A stretch of DNA of 64,000 nt from a virus: positions 30,201 through 94,200 of IMG/VR virus record IMGVR_UViG_3300025704_002294; one strand, 5' to 3'. The notes beneath the pieces are model-generated. The model made no database searches and had not been told where the DNA came from. It saw only the letters and a list, made by a program, of their open reading frames with translations. Position 1 is the stretch's first letter. Each line of letters begins with the position of its first letter. This document shows, in pieces, positions 9,549 through 18,693 of the stretch. The position numbers and the translations under genes are program-made.

Positions 9549-11575
9549 GATTATACGAAGTAACTAAACCTGGACAATGCCCAAGAACAAAAGCAACCGA
9601 ATGCAGTTGCGAAAGGCTAAGGCAATTATCAGAAGCAGAAAAGCCTATAAAAGCAGTTGCAGTACTAGAACACGGCGATGCTAAAGGCATAATTAATTTT
9701 GTACAAAAGCCAGGTAAAGCAACAATTATAAGCGGTACTATAAGCGGCTTAACAGAAGGCTTACATGGATTTCACATACACGAATTTGGCGATCTCAGTG
9801 ATGGATGCGATAGTGCAGGCGGTCATTATAATCCGCATGGTGTCGATCATGGCGATGTAGATAATGGTCATATCGGCGACTTAGGAAATATAGAAGCCAA
9901 CAGCAAAGGTGTAGCAGAATTTAAAATAAAATCCAAAACAATTCAATTACAAGGTGCCACAAGCATAGTTGGTAGAGCAGTTGTTGTACACCAAGACGAA
10001 GACGACTTAGGCAAAGGCGGCGATGAGGAAAGTTTAAAAACAGGCAACGCAGGTGATAGAGCAGGATGCGGTGTAATAAAATTATCTGAATTAACACAAT
10101 CAGCAATAGCAGATTTAGATAAAAACATTAGCGACAAGCATTTTAGTAGAAATGAAATGCCGCAAGTCAAAGAACCAGATTTAATAGATAATGATATACC
10201 TTATAAAAAAGGCAAAATAAGTGTAACAAATATTAAACCAGTTCAAACAGATAGAGTACCAGGATTAGCACAAAAAGTTGCAGAAGACTTTCACGGTAAA
10301 GACAAGCCTTTTATACTAGATAAAAACAATTACTTGGTTAATGGTCATCATAGATATGATGCGGCTAGATTATTAGGCATAGAAAAAGTAGATGCAATAA
10401 AAGTAAATGTGCCTATTGAATTATTAATGAAACAATTTAGCCATACCACTAGTGATACAATGGTCGAACATCTAAGCGACGAGGCATCAACGCCAGAAAT
10501 ACACAACAAAGCATTGCAAATGGCCAAGGATGCATATAGAAAGTCTAATAAACAAGTGTCATTTACTGCATTATATGATAAGGCACTAAATAAATTACAA
10601 CCCGGAAACCCACCAACAAAACTAAGTCCTGGTTTCAAGTTAGGTAAACTTCCACATGAAGAAGTAGAGTCAGTTATTCATCAATGGGTCAATCAAGAAG
10701 ATCACATAGAATTAAGTAATGGCATGCATGTACTCAGTGGTGAGAATCACGGTTATGATGATAATGTAGCACTAATAGTTGATGCTGATTATAAAATATT
10801 GGACCATGATGATGACATTGTTGAACTAATGCAACAATTCACAGCACAAGAAATAAACCCAAGCATTGTAGAAAACTTTGACGATGGTAAAAAGAAAGGC
10901 AAAAGCAGACCAGGTAGAGTAAAACGTAGTGGAGCAAGTTGCAATGGTAGTGTTACAGCATTACGCAAACGTGCAAAAAACAGCAGTGGTGAAAAAGCAA
11001 AAATGTATCATTGGTGTGCTAATATGAAGTCTGGCAAAAAGAAAACAAATGAAGATATGGAGAATTTATCTCCTAGTGCAAAACTGGCAGGCGAATATAT
11101 TGACAGTGACGTTAAGAGTGGCAAAATTAAAAACCTAGATGACCTCAAAAGATATATAGTAGAATTACGACTTTCAAGGATAATAGATCATGCCGAAGAT
11201 GCCAGAGCACTTTGGATACATCACTTGACCGTCAATCCACACAATTTACCAGATGCAGTCAACGAATCAGCATTTGAAAATTTAAAATTACCAACTTGGA
11301 TGTCACATACCAGTTTAGAAAAATTATTTGCACAAGAGTACGGTCCTAGATACGGTGACTATGTTGCACATATGGACCTAGACAGTGACGACGATTTGGC
11401 AATGAATGCCAGTGGCATGGGTGATATGGCTTTTGAAATGGTTAAAGCAAATGATATCAAAGTTATGCAAAAATTCTTAGCACAAATGCCTGTGCAGTTT
11501 ACAGTAGATGACCTTAGATTAGACGACGGTATTCAAGTTTGGCATCTAGTTCAACAAAACAAAACTGTACACTAA
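9545..11575 (+). CDS. polyprotein: Cu/Zn superoxide dismutase, ParB/Srx-like domain, small basic modules
   Basis: GFHIHEFGD, CDSAGGHYNP, HIGDLGNI, GRAVVVH, TGNAGDRAGCG; LVNGHHRYDAA; MRLYEV leader. Confidence 0.85.
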   Translation: MRLYEVTKPGQCPRTKATECSCERLRQLSEAEKPIKAVAVLEHGDAKGIINFVQKPGKATIISGTISGLTEGLHGFHIHEFGDLSDGCDSAGGHYNPHGVDHGDVDNGHIGDLGNIEANSKGVAEFKIKSKTIQLQGATSIVGRAVVVHQDEDDLGKGGDEESLKTGNAGDRAGCGVIKLSELTQSAIADLDKNISDKHFSRNEMPQVKEPDLIDNDIPYKKGKISVTNIKPVQTDRVPGLAQKVAEDFHGKDKPFILDKNNYLVNGHHRYDAARLLGIEKVDAIKVNVPIELLMKQFSHTTSDTMVEHLSDEASTPEIHNKALQMAKDAYRKSNKQVSFTALYDKALNKLQPGNPPTKLSPGFKLGKLPHEEVESVIHQWVNQEDHIELSNGMHVLSGENHGYDDNVALIVDADYKILDHDDDIVELMQQFTAQEINPSIVENFDDGKKKGKSRPGRVKRSGASCNGSVTALRKRAKNSSGEKAKMYHWCANMKSGKKKTNEDMENLSPSAKLAGEYIDSDVKSGKIKNLDDLKRYIVELRLSRIIDHAEDARALWIHHLTVNPHNLPDAVNESAFENLKLPTWMSHTSLEKLFAQEYGPRYGDYVAHMDLDSDDDLAMNASGMGDMAFEMVKANDIKVMQKFLAQMPVQFTVDDLRLDDGIQVWHLVQQNKTVH

Positions 11576-11595
11576 ACATTCAATAAATATGTACT

Positions 11596-13053
11596 ATGCA
11601 AATAGTACATCATCCTAATTGGTATAGAGATTTTTTAGAAGACATGGCCCGCAGAGGCCCAACACATCTTAGAGATGCCAGTCGACATTGTCCTATTGAC
11701 AATACCATTAATAGTTTTACACACTTCCTGGGAGATAAAAGTTTTATCAAACCTAGAGATCAGATTGATGAATCAAAAAGTTTCTTTTACATGATTAGTA
11801 TTGATTGCTGTGACGATGACAGTATTGCAGAACTAATTTACTATGGCAGAGAACTTGTAAATCAAAAATTAGTAAGACCTTACATTACACAAGAAGCAAT
11901 AGATGATTTAAATAACTTTCACAACTGCGGATTAATAATAGAAAATGCGGCTGAAGGGCATGCCAGTGATAAACTGTTTGACGCATTGCATATATTAGTT
12001 AGCCAAGTAGGTATACCATTTGAAAAAACTTATTACACAAATAGCACTCAAAATTTAAGAGAAATGTATGACAAATATTTACTTAATAAACCTTATGCTA
12101 CAATAGACAAAATTAAAATGTTTAATTGCGGCGGGTGGAATGAATTGGTATGTCAACAAATGCTCGATGACAATTATCAGATTGAAAAAGAGGAAGACAT
12201 GTGCGAGTTTAGAGCAGAAAATCTTATTGATTCTGATGAAATGTGGAGTTTATCTGTGGAATGCTCTAAGCCATTAGAACATATTAGAGAGGATGTTAAT
12301 AAACCGCATTTATTCTTGTATAAACATATGAATGCAAAACGTGGGTTTAGAACATTGTTTTTAGCATTACTTCACAAAGAACATTTACTTGACAATAATT
12401 TATACAGCACACCTGAAGAATGGAGAGGTACGCAAAGTAGTGCTGTAAAATATATTAATTCTATAACATGGGACAGAAATTGGGCAGAAGGTTTCGAAGA
12501 ATTGTACCCTACATTATTAAATGTTAGAGGCAAAATACCAACATACATTGATAGAGAACACAACCATTTAGACTTTGATCCTAACACAAATTTTAGTAGC
12601 GATAATTATATGTACTACAATGCTAGAAGAAACTGTGATATTGAAATTGTAGGCGAAAGTGAATTTGAAGGTTCTATATTTTTAACAGAAAAGTTTCTCA
12701 AAGCAATTATATTTAAACAACCTTTTATAATACTAGGCTCTACTGGCAGTTGGGAAAAGATTAAACAAATGGGTTATATATCATACGAGCCATATATTAA
12801 AGAATCTTATGATAAAAACGATGACGAACTACACCGTATGAATGAAATAATTCAAGAAATCAAACGATTAACAGACTTAAAACGCGATAAACAAGCATGG
12901 AAGGATTGGCTACAAGGTGTGAATAGAATTGCTGTACAAAATTATAATATCTATTTGAACAACCTAATACGTCGTGTAAGAATGAAAACACTAGATGATT
13001 ATGTAGCAGGCACAGGTGAATTAGGAATTCCTATACAAGAGTTAGGCGATTAA
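11596..13053 (+). CDS. GT10-like (TEK...PF motif) putative glycosyltransferase, paralog 1 of 4
   Basis: FLTEKFLKAIIFKQPFIILG...MGYISYEPYIKESYD; AATAAATA 6 nt before ATG. Confidence 0.5.
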   Translation: MQIVHHPNWYRDFLEDMARRGPTHLRDASRHCPIDNTINSFTHFLGDKSFIKPRDQIDESKSFFYMISIDCCDDDSIAELIYYGRELVNQKLVRPYITQEAIDDLNNFHNCGLIIENAAEGHASDKLFDALHILVSQVGIPFEKTYYTNSTQNLREMYDKYLLNKPYATIDKIKMFNCGGWNELVCQQMLDDNYQIEKEEDMCEFRAENLIDSDEMWSLSVECSKPLEHIREDVNKPHLFLYKHMNAKRGFRTLFLALLHKEHLLDNNLYSTPEEWRGTQSSAVKYINSITWDRNWAEGFEELYPTLLNVRGKIPTYIDREHNHLDFDPNTNFSSDNYMYYNARRNCDIEIVGESEFEGSIFLTEKFLKAIIFKQPFIILGSTGSWEKIKQMGYISYEPYIKESYDKNDDELHRMNEIIQEIKRLTDLKRDKQAWKDWLQGVNRIAVQNYNIYLNNLIRRVRMKTLDDYVAGTGELGIPIQELGD

Positions 13054-13067
13054 AGATAAATACATAT

Positions 13068-13223
13068 ATGCGTATAAAAGAGGTTGACATAAACATAGAT
13101 TCGTTCTATAATAGTATCAATGAAACAGTAGCAGGTGCTATTGGTGGCGTGGCAATGCCTCTATTCAAAGAACCAATAAAACGCAAGCCTACTAAGAAAA
13201 AGAAGAAAAAGAAAAATGCGTAG
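13068..13223 (+). CDS. 51-aa protein with poly-Lys tail (not in ORF track)
   Basis: MRIKEVDINIDSFYNSINETVAGAIGGVAMPLFKEPIKRKPTKKKKKKKNA; GATAAATA (13055-62) + 5 nt + ATG. Confidence 0.7.
   Translation: MRIKEVDINIDSFYNSINETVAGAIGGVAMPLFKEPIKRKPTKKKKKKKNA
13084..13112 (+). promoter_or_regulatory. sigma70-type promoter inside coding sequence
   Basis: TTGACA-17nt-TATAAT perfect consensus. Confidence 0.7.
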
Positions 13224-13437
13224 CATAGACAGTAAATACGGATTAACATACATAATGGGCGAAGAAATCTCATTTTGTGAAACATTAAAAGAGTTTGGAA
13301 CATATTACAAAGGCAAAATGAGCGAAAGGCAAATTCAGATTGCTGAAGATTTAAGAAAAAGAGAGATAATTAAACTAGTAAAACTCAAAGATGGACAAGA
13401 CGGATATAGACTATATGCAACAAGTAAACGAATCTGA
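13216..13437 (+). CDS. hypothetical protein
   Basis: ORF overlapping neighbours in operon fashion. Confidence 0.55.
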   Translation: MRSIDSKYGLTYIMGEEISFCETLKEFGTYYKGKMSERQIQIAEDLRKREIIKLVKLKDGQDGYRLYATSKRI

Positions 13438-13834
13438 TTTAAAATCACAACTTCAAGAAGTACTAAGTGGTATTATTGCTACTTTAGATATATATGAAGT
13501 CGTTGACAATGGCGATACTTACGATATAGTAAATCTTAAAAACAATGAAATAGTATGCGAAGAAATACATTTAAACATTGTTGCAAATATTGTTGCCGCG
13601 GCAATGAATACTGGCGAAGATCTAAATACGTCTACTATAGATAAGATATTAAAAACAGAAAAATATGCTGTATCTAAAATGGTAGAAGTCAAAATATACG
13701 AAGAGTTGACGGAAAATTCTACAAATTTTGACAGAATGGCAATTTATGAAACCAAACTTACAGAGGCAGAACACAAATCTAGTAATGCAATTAACAATTT
13801 GCTGTCACAATGTCAACTGTTAATCTCCTTATAA
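13391..13834 (+). CDS. hypothetical protein
   Basis: 147-aa ORF; start uncertain. Confidence 0.6.
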   Translation: MDKTDIDYMQQVNESDLKSQLQEVLSGIIATLDIYEVVDNGDTYDIVNLKNNEIVCEEIHLNIVANIVAAAMNTGEDLNTSTIDKILKTEKYAVSKMVEVKIYEELTENSTNFDRMAIYETKLTEAEHKSSNAINNLLSQCQLLISL

Positions 13835-13875
13835 AAGTACTTCTTTGATAAATATAACTATTAGAAGGGACTACT

Positions 13876-15075
13876 ATGGAAGTAAAACATTTAAATTCAG
13901 ATAACTTAACTAGATTAGGTAAACTTCAGAATTACCTAACAGAAAATTATGACATCAACGTCAACAAAGTTTTACCTAAGCAGAAGTTAGAACAAGCATA
14001 TCAAAATGTTGAAAAAAGACTTGTAAATTTAAGAAATAAAAGTAACAAGTTTCAACAAGATCCTAACTATGGTATGAATATTATGGTTAGAGATGCATTA
14101 GGCATCATGATAAACGAAGGTCTATACTACGAAGGTGAAACATATCGCAGACTAATGGACGAACTGCATGAATACAGTTGCTCATTAGCAGAAAGTGGCG
14201 ACGACTACGATACTATAATGGACAGTTGCAGTAAAAAATATGAGGCCATGCCTGCTAGATATCCAAAAGATATGATACTAGCCGCTATTGCAGAAAAAAT
14301 AATGCCTATGTTCGATGGCAGTATGCAAGAAGACATAGAAGACGAAATAATGGACGTTATTGACGAACCAGAAGTAAAAATTAATGTAGATAATTCAGAA
14401 GATATCCCTTCAAACTTCGAAAATGCTACGGAAGAAATGTTAGCAGAACTAATTGGTGATTATCTAGGAAAAGATAATTGGAAAGAATTTGCATTAGGCG
14501 AACTATTTTCAGAATTAGAAAGTGTTGATATAGAAAAAGCAAATAAGGTAGATAATATGGCAAAAAAATATGGAATAACAGACTTAAAAGAAATGAAGCA
14601 ATTTGAAACATTCTTAGATGATCTAGTAAGCGAGATGGTTGGAGATGACACAATTACTGAAGAAATTTCAGGTACTAGTGTTGAAGAAGCAGAAGTTGTT
14701 ATGGCGGCAAGAGCCTTAAGTAACGACATTCAAGACCACATTGAAAGAATCGGTAGAATGGCAAACGAAGATATACCTTCAATTGCTGATTCAATGGCAC
14801 ATGAATTTGGTGCACAAAAAGCCGCAGAATTCAAAAATCAAATGGAAGGATTACTAAGTTCTTTACTTGATGCTAACAAAAGTTCAAAAGAAGGTGTCGA
14901 CGCTCTTATTGGTACAATGACTGGAGAAGAATCAGCCGCACCAATGCCATCAGAAGATCCACTAGGTGGTGACATGATGGAACCAGCACTAGATGAACCA
15001 GTAGATGATTTTGCTGGTGCAGACGCAGAAGCAGGACCTGAAGAAGAACCTCTAGGTAGAGCAGAAAAGATTTAA
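13876..15075 (+). CDS. acidic putative prohead core/scaffold-like protein
   Basis: Very acidic, helical, many xxE junctions; late promoter GATAAATA 13847-54. Confidence 0.5.
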   Translation: MEVKHLNSDNLTRLGKLQNYLTENYDINVNKVLPKQKLEQAYQNVEKRLVNLRNKSNKFQQDPNYGMNIMVRDALGIMINEGLYYEGETYRRLMDELHEYSCSLAESGDDYDTIMDSCSKKYEAMPARYPKDMILAAIAEKIMPMFDGSMQEDIEDEIMDVIDEPEVKINVDNSEDIPSNFENATEEMLAELIGDYLGKDNWKEFALGELFSELESVDIEKANKVDNMAKKYGITDLKEMKQFETFLDDLVSEMVGDDTITEEISGTSVEEAEVVMAARALSNDIQDHIERIGRMANEDIPSIADSMAHEFGAQKAAEFKNQMEGLLSSLLDANKSSKEGVDALIGTMTGEESAAPMPSEDPLGGDMMEPALDEPVDDFAGADAEAGPEEEPLGRAEKI

Positions 15076-15077
15076 TC

Positions 15078-15434
15078 ATGAGGTTTACGGACTTTGCACT
15101 CACAGAATCTGACATGAATGATGTTACATCAGACGTTAAGGAACTTGTTATTAACAAAATAGACGGTGGTGTGCAGTCTGCAAGTCTTGATGCATTTGTA
15201 GAAGAAGTAAACAATTTAGGTATTCCAATTTCAAAAGCAATGCTTAGATTAATTTTAGAGTCACCAGAGTTTGAAAACTTAATTGCAAACGTAGACAATT
15301 CAGAAATAGAATTTAATACACCTGGAAATGTGCCAGACGAAATGGTACCAGAACCAGAAGACATGGAAAATAATGTTTCTAACTTGGCAACATCGGCCGC
15401 TAACCAAGGCATAGGAGATGAACTAAATGTCTGA
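15078..15434 (+). CDS. acidic hypothetical protein (MRFTDF leader)
   Basis: ORF in late operon. Confidence 0.6.
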   Translation: MRFTDFALTESDMNDVTSDVKELVINKIDGGVQSASLDAFVEEVNNLGIPISKAMLRLILESPEFENLIANVDNSEIEFNTPGNVPDEMVPEPEDMENNVSNLATSAANQGIGDELNV

Positions 15435-15750
15435 TAGTATTTTTATAAACGCAACAGAGGCTCGTAGAAGAAGCCGAGATAGTGTTGTAATTCTTAATGA
15501 AGTCAGAGCACTCGAAGCCAATGTCTTATCAAACATAAGTGCAGGTTCATTGCAACTAATACAATCAACAGGAACAACAATGACTGGTAATACTTCTTAT
15601 TACCAAGCCTACAATGGCATAACAACTAACACTACTATAACTGATCAAATCAGTACAGTCAAAAAACATTTCACTGACAAAGGGTATTCGGTAAATATTA
15701 CTACAAATTCATCAACCGGAAATACAATTCAGTGGACAATCAAGTGGTAG
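15427..15750 (+). CDS. hypothetical, Thr/Ser-rich putative structural protein
   Basis: SD AGGAG, overlaps upstream gene. Confidence 0.6.
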   Translation: MSDSIFINATEARRRSRDSVVILNEVRALEANVLSNISAGSLQLIQSTGTTMTGNTSYYQAYNGITTNTTITDQISTVKKHFTDKGYSVNITTNSSTGNTIQWTIKW

Positions 15751-16448
15751 CAGAAAGCCTTTTAGAAAACAAATACAATTACCCCCAATTAAAAAGAGTT
15801 ACAGCAAAGTCAGGACAACGCCAATACACTGGTGATGACAACAAGCCTGTACCTAGTGTCACAACCATCCTATCAGATACAGGAGACAAGTCGGCATTGA
15901 TTGCCTGGCGTAAACGTGTAGGAGATGCAGAAGCAACTCGCATAAGCACAGAAGCCGCAGGCCTTGGTACCAAAGTCCATAATGCATTAGAAAAGTATAT
16001 ACTTGGCGAGGAATGGAACACTTTTGGTAATAATCATGTTAGTGTGTTAGCAGAATCAATGACGTCAGAAATGATCGACAATGGATTAACTAAAATAGAT
16101 GAACTATGGGGTGTTGAAGTAGCCTTAATTGCCAAAGGATTATATGCAGGTACGTCAGATGCTATCGGTATATACGAAGGCGAACATGCTATTATCGATT
16201 TTAAAACTGCTAAAAAAATTAAAAAACGCGAATGGATCGAAGACTACTTTATGCAAGGATGTGCATACGCATTAGCACATAATGAAATGTTCGAAACAAA
16301 GATACGAAAAGTAGTCATACTCATGGTAGACAGAGAATCCAAATTTAAAGAATTCATTATTGAAGGTGAAGAATTTGACAAGTACTGTGGTAAGTGGGCC
16401 GAAAGATTGGCTGATTACTATGGAAAAGTTGATGCACAAAAAGTCTAG
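15732..16448 (+). CDS. PD-(D/E)xK (Cas4/RecB-like) exonuclease
   Basis: PSVTTIL, WRKRVG, GTKVH, YAGTSD, IIDFKT, QGCAYALA. Confidence 0.85.
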   Translation: MDNQVVAESLLENKYNYPQLKRVTAKSGQRQYTGDDNKPVPSVTTILSDTGDKSALIAWRKRVGDAEATRISTEAAGLGTKVHNALEKYILGEEWNTFGNNHVSVLAESMTSEMIDNGLTKIDELWGVEVALIAKGLYAGTSDAIGIYEGEHAIIDFKTAKKIKKREWIEDYFMQGCAYALAHNEMFETKIRKVVILMVDRESKFKEFIIEGEEFDKYCGKWAERLADYYGKVDAQKV

Positions 16449-16491
16449 CATACGTTTATCTGCAAAGTAAACAAAAAAGATAAATAGTTGT

Positions 16492-18240
16492 ATGGCAGAA
16501 AAAGAAATAATTATATCACGAATGCAACAACGCAGAGGTAATCGTATAGATTTACCTCAACCCTTACGAGCGGGGGAGATAGCATTAGCATCAGACAGCA
16601 AAGAAGTATTCATAGGCTTAGATCCTGAGATAGGAGTCACGGCTCAAAATGCAAATGTTGTTTCAGTTAATAATATAGCAGAAGGCTTTAATTATGCTAA
16701 TTCATATCTAAATAATAATTTTGTAAGACTTATCATGCCTAGTAAAAGATTCCCTACAGGAACTTTTAACGGTACTACAAATAACACAACTTTTATAGTC
16801 AGTAGCAGTAGCGGTCAAGCACACGGACAACCTGTATTTAATGCAAGTATAACAACAGGAAATATTAAAAACGTGTTTGATTCCAGTGCATTTGAATCAA
16901 CAGATTTTACAGGTGCTAAAAATGGAGTTGCATTAAGTACAAATGCCACAAGAACTGCGGCTAACTTGCTTAATAACGAATTTTTTGTATCTTCGCCAAC
17001 AAGTACAGGTCAAAACACTACCATAACATTCGGCAATAATCCAACTGGTACAGATGATATCACAATAAACTACTATAGTAATGTCGATATTATTAATGCT
17101 ATGTTTGACACAGGTGTTATAGGAACTACATCAACAACAGGATTTTATGAAGCAAAAAGTGTTGCTAGTTATAGACAATTTAATAATGCGTATATTAGAG
17201 CAGATTACGAAGTAGGCACAGCATTTATTGGTTTAGAAAATAAACACACAGAAGTTTTTGCAGAGTCAACAGTAGTTACTGCTAGTTTAAGCACTCTTAC
17301 AGATATAAAAATTACACCTGCAGGCCTTACTGAAAGAACAGTTTCTTTTCCATCAAATATTTCTAGTATTGCTAATGTTATTAATACGATCAACACAACT
17401 GCAAACGTAAATGCGTATGTTAAGGCTTACGATGTATCTGTTGGTGATAATGTATATTGGTATATATCATCAGATGACGAATTTGCAATTGATCATACAG
17501 TAGGGAGCGATGGAACTGCATTAGGTATAGCAAATATTTCATATACCAAAGCAAACAATTCTATTAAAGGCCAATTAGAAAACTGGATTCATGGCTCATT
17601 AAATGACCCTGCGTTTAACATGTTTGTAGCGGCGCAGGTTGGCAATAAATTTAATTCAGGTGCAACTAGAATTAGTAAGTATACACCATCGACTAGCAGT
17701 GAAAATTTGACATTAACTTTTACAGGTAATCAAGAAGCAGAAAACTTTTCAACAATAACAAATAAAATTTTTGGTGCCAGTGCAAATTCTGATATTACTG
17801 GACTAACAAATGTAAAAACAAACCAAAGACTATTAACACAAGACGACTATGCTGTTCTATTAACAGGTTCCGCTAATTCATTATTCGAAGCAATACCAAA
17901 AACATGTCTAAAAGGTGCAACAACCGATATTGCATCGTTCCAAATTTCAGATGTCGATAGTGCCATTATAGAATATTCAGTAAGAGCATCCGGTGGTTCT
18001 GGTAATGCGTATACTAGAACTGGAACAGTACACATGACAGGCAGTAGTGTACTTGCAGACGCAACACTTAATGACACTGGTGCTGTGATGCAAAACGGTT
18101 TTGGCTCAACTACATTTGATTTAAGTGCAGTATGGGACGGCTTATCAAATACAATGATATTAAGAGCAACAAATAATTTATCAGATGGAACAACAAGACC
18201 AGCCACATTTAAATATCTAGTTAGAAAATGGTTGGGATAA
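16492..18240 (+). CDS. virion structural/tail protein with Mtd N-terminal-like domain
   Basis: QQRRGN..LPQPLRAGEIALASD..VFIG N-terminus; Thr/Ser/Asn-rich; GATAAATA (16479-86) + 5 nt + ATG. Confidence 0.65.
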   Translation: MAEKEIIISRMQQRRGNRIDLPQPLRAGEIALASDSKEVFIGLDPEIGVTAQNANVVSVNNIAEGFNYANSYLNNNFVRLIMPSKRFPTGTFNGTTNNTTFIVSSSSGQAHGQPVFNASITTGNIKNVFDSSAFESTDFTGAKNGVALSTNATRTAANLLNNEFFVSSPTSTGQNTTITFGNNPTGTDDITINYYSNVDIINAMFDTGVIGTTSTTGFYEAKSVASYRQFNNAYIRADYEVGTAFIGLENKHTEVFAESTVVTASLSTLTDIKITPAGLTERTVSFPSNISSIANVINTINTTANVNAYVKAYDVSVGDNVYWYISSDDEFAIDHTVGSDGTALGIANISYTKANNSIKGQLENWIHGSLNDPAFNMFVAAQVGNKFNSGATRISKYTPSTSSENLTLTFTGNQEAENFSTITNKIFGASANSDITGLTNVKTNQRLLTQDDYAVLLTGSANSLFEAIPKTCLKGATTDIASFQISDVDSAIIEYSVRASGGSGNAYTRTGTVHMTGSSVLADATLNDTGAVMQNGFGSTTFDLSAVWDGLSNTMILRATNNLSDGTTRPATFKYLVRKWLG

Positions 18241-18693
18241 TTGCTTGACCAAATAACAAATCCCCAGCAACGATTATCTATATGGCGAGACTATAAAAAC
18301 GGTCGCCCAACACTGGAAAATGTGTTACAATACATCAATTGTATAAAACCAATAAGTAGAACTTTTGATTACTATACTCCTAGTCATTGGCCCACACCAT
18401 GGGAAATATTAGACCAAGGCTTGTTTTGTGTAAGTGGTAAAGCAATTTTATTATACCATACACTAGCACAATTAGAATATATAGATACAAAAAATGTTAG
18501 GTGGATTGTAGCAGAAAATAAAGAAATTTTTGAAGAAGGACTTGTGTTTTTTGACGGAGTATGTTATTATAACGTTTTACCGGATACAAGTGTAAATATT
18601 GAAAATTTTGATAATTACATAACAGTTAGAGAAATTATTAGACAGGAAAAACTCACAAAGATTTATGAAAGTTACAAAGAGAGACGGCACTAA
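18241..18693 (+). CDS. hypothetical protein (possible transglutaminase-like fold)
   Basis: DYYTPSHWPTPWEIL..GLFC motif. Confidence 0.55.
   Translation: MLDQITNPQQRLSIWRDYKNGRPTLENVLQYINCIKPISRTFDYYTPSHWPTPWEILDQGLFCVSGKAILLYHTLAQLEYIDTKNVRWIVAENKEIFEEGLVFFDGVCYYNVLPDTSVNIENFDNYITVREIIRQEKLTKIYESYKERRH

Noticed and set aside
15732-16448. Cas4 as evidence of CRISPR-Cas
   Set aside because: Stand-alone PD-(D/E)xK exonuclease common in T4-like phages; lacks the four-Cys cluster and any array
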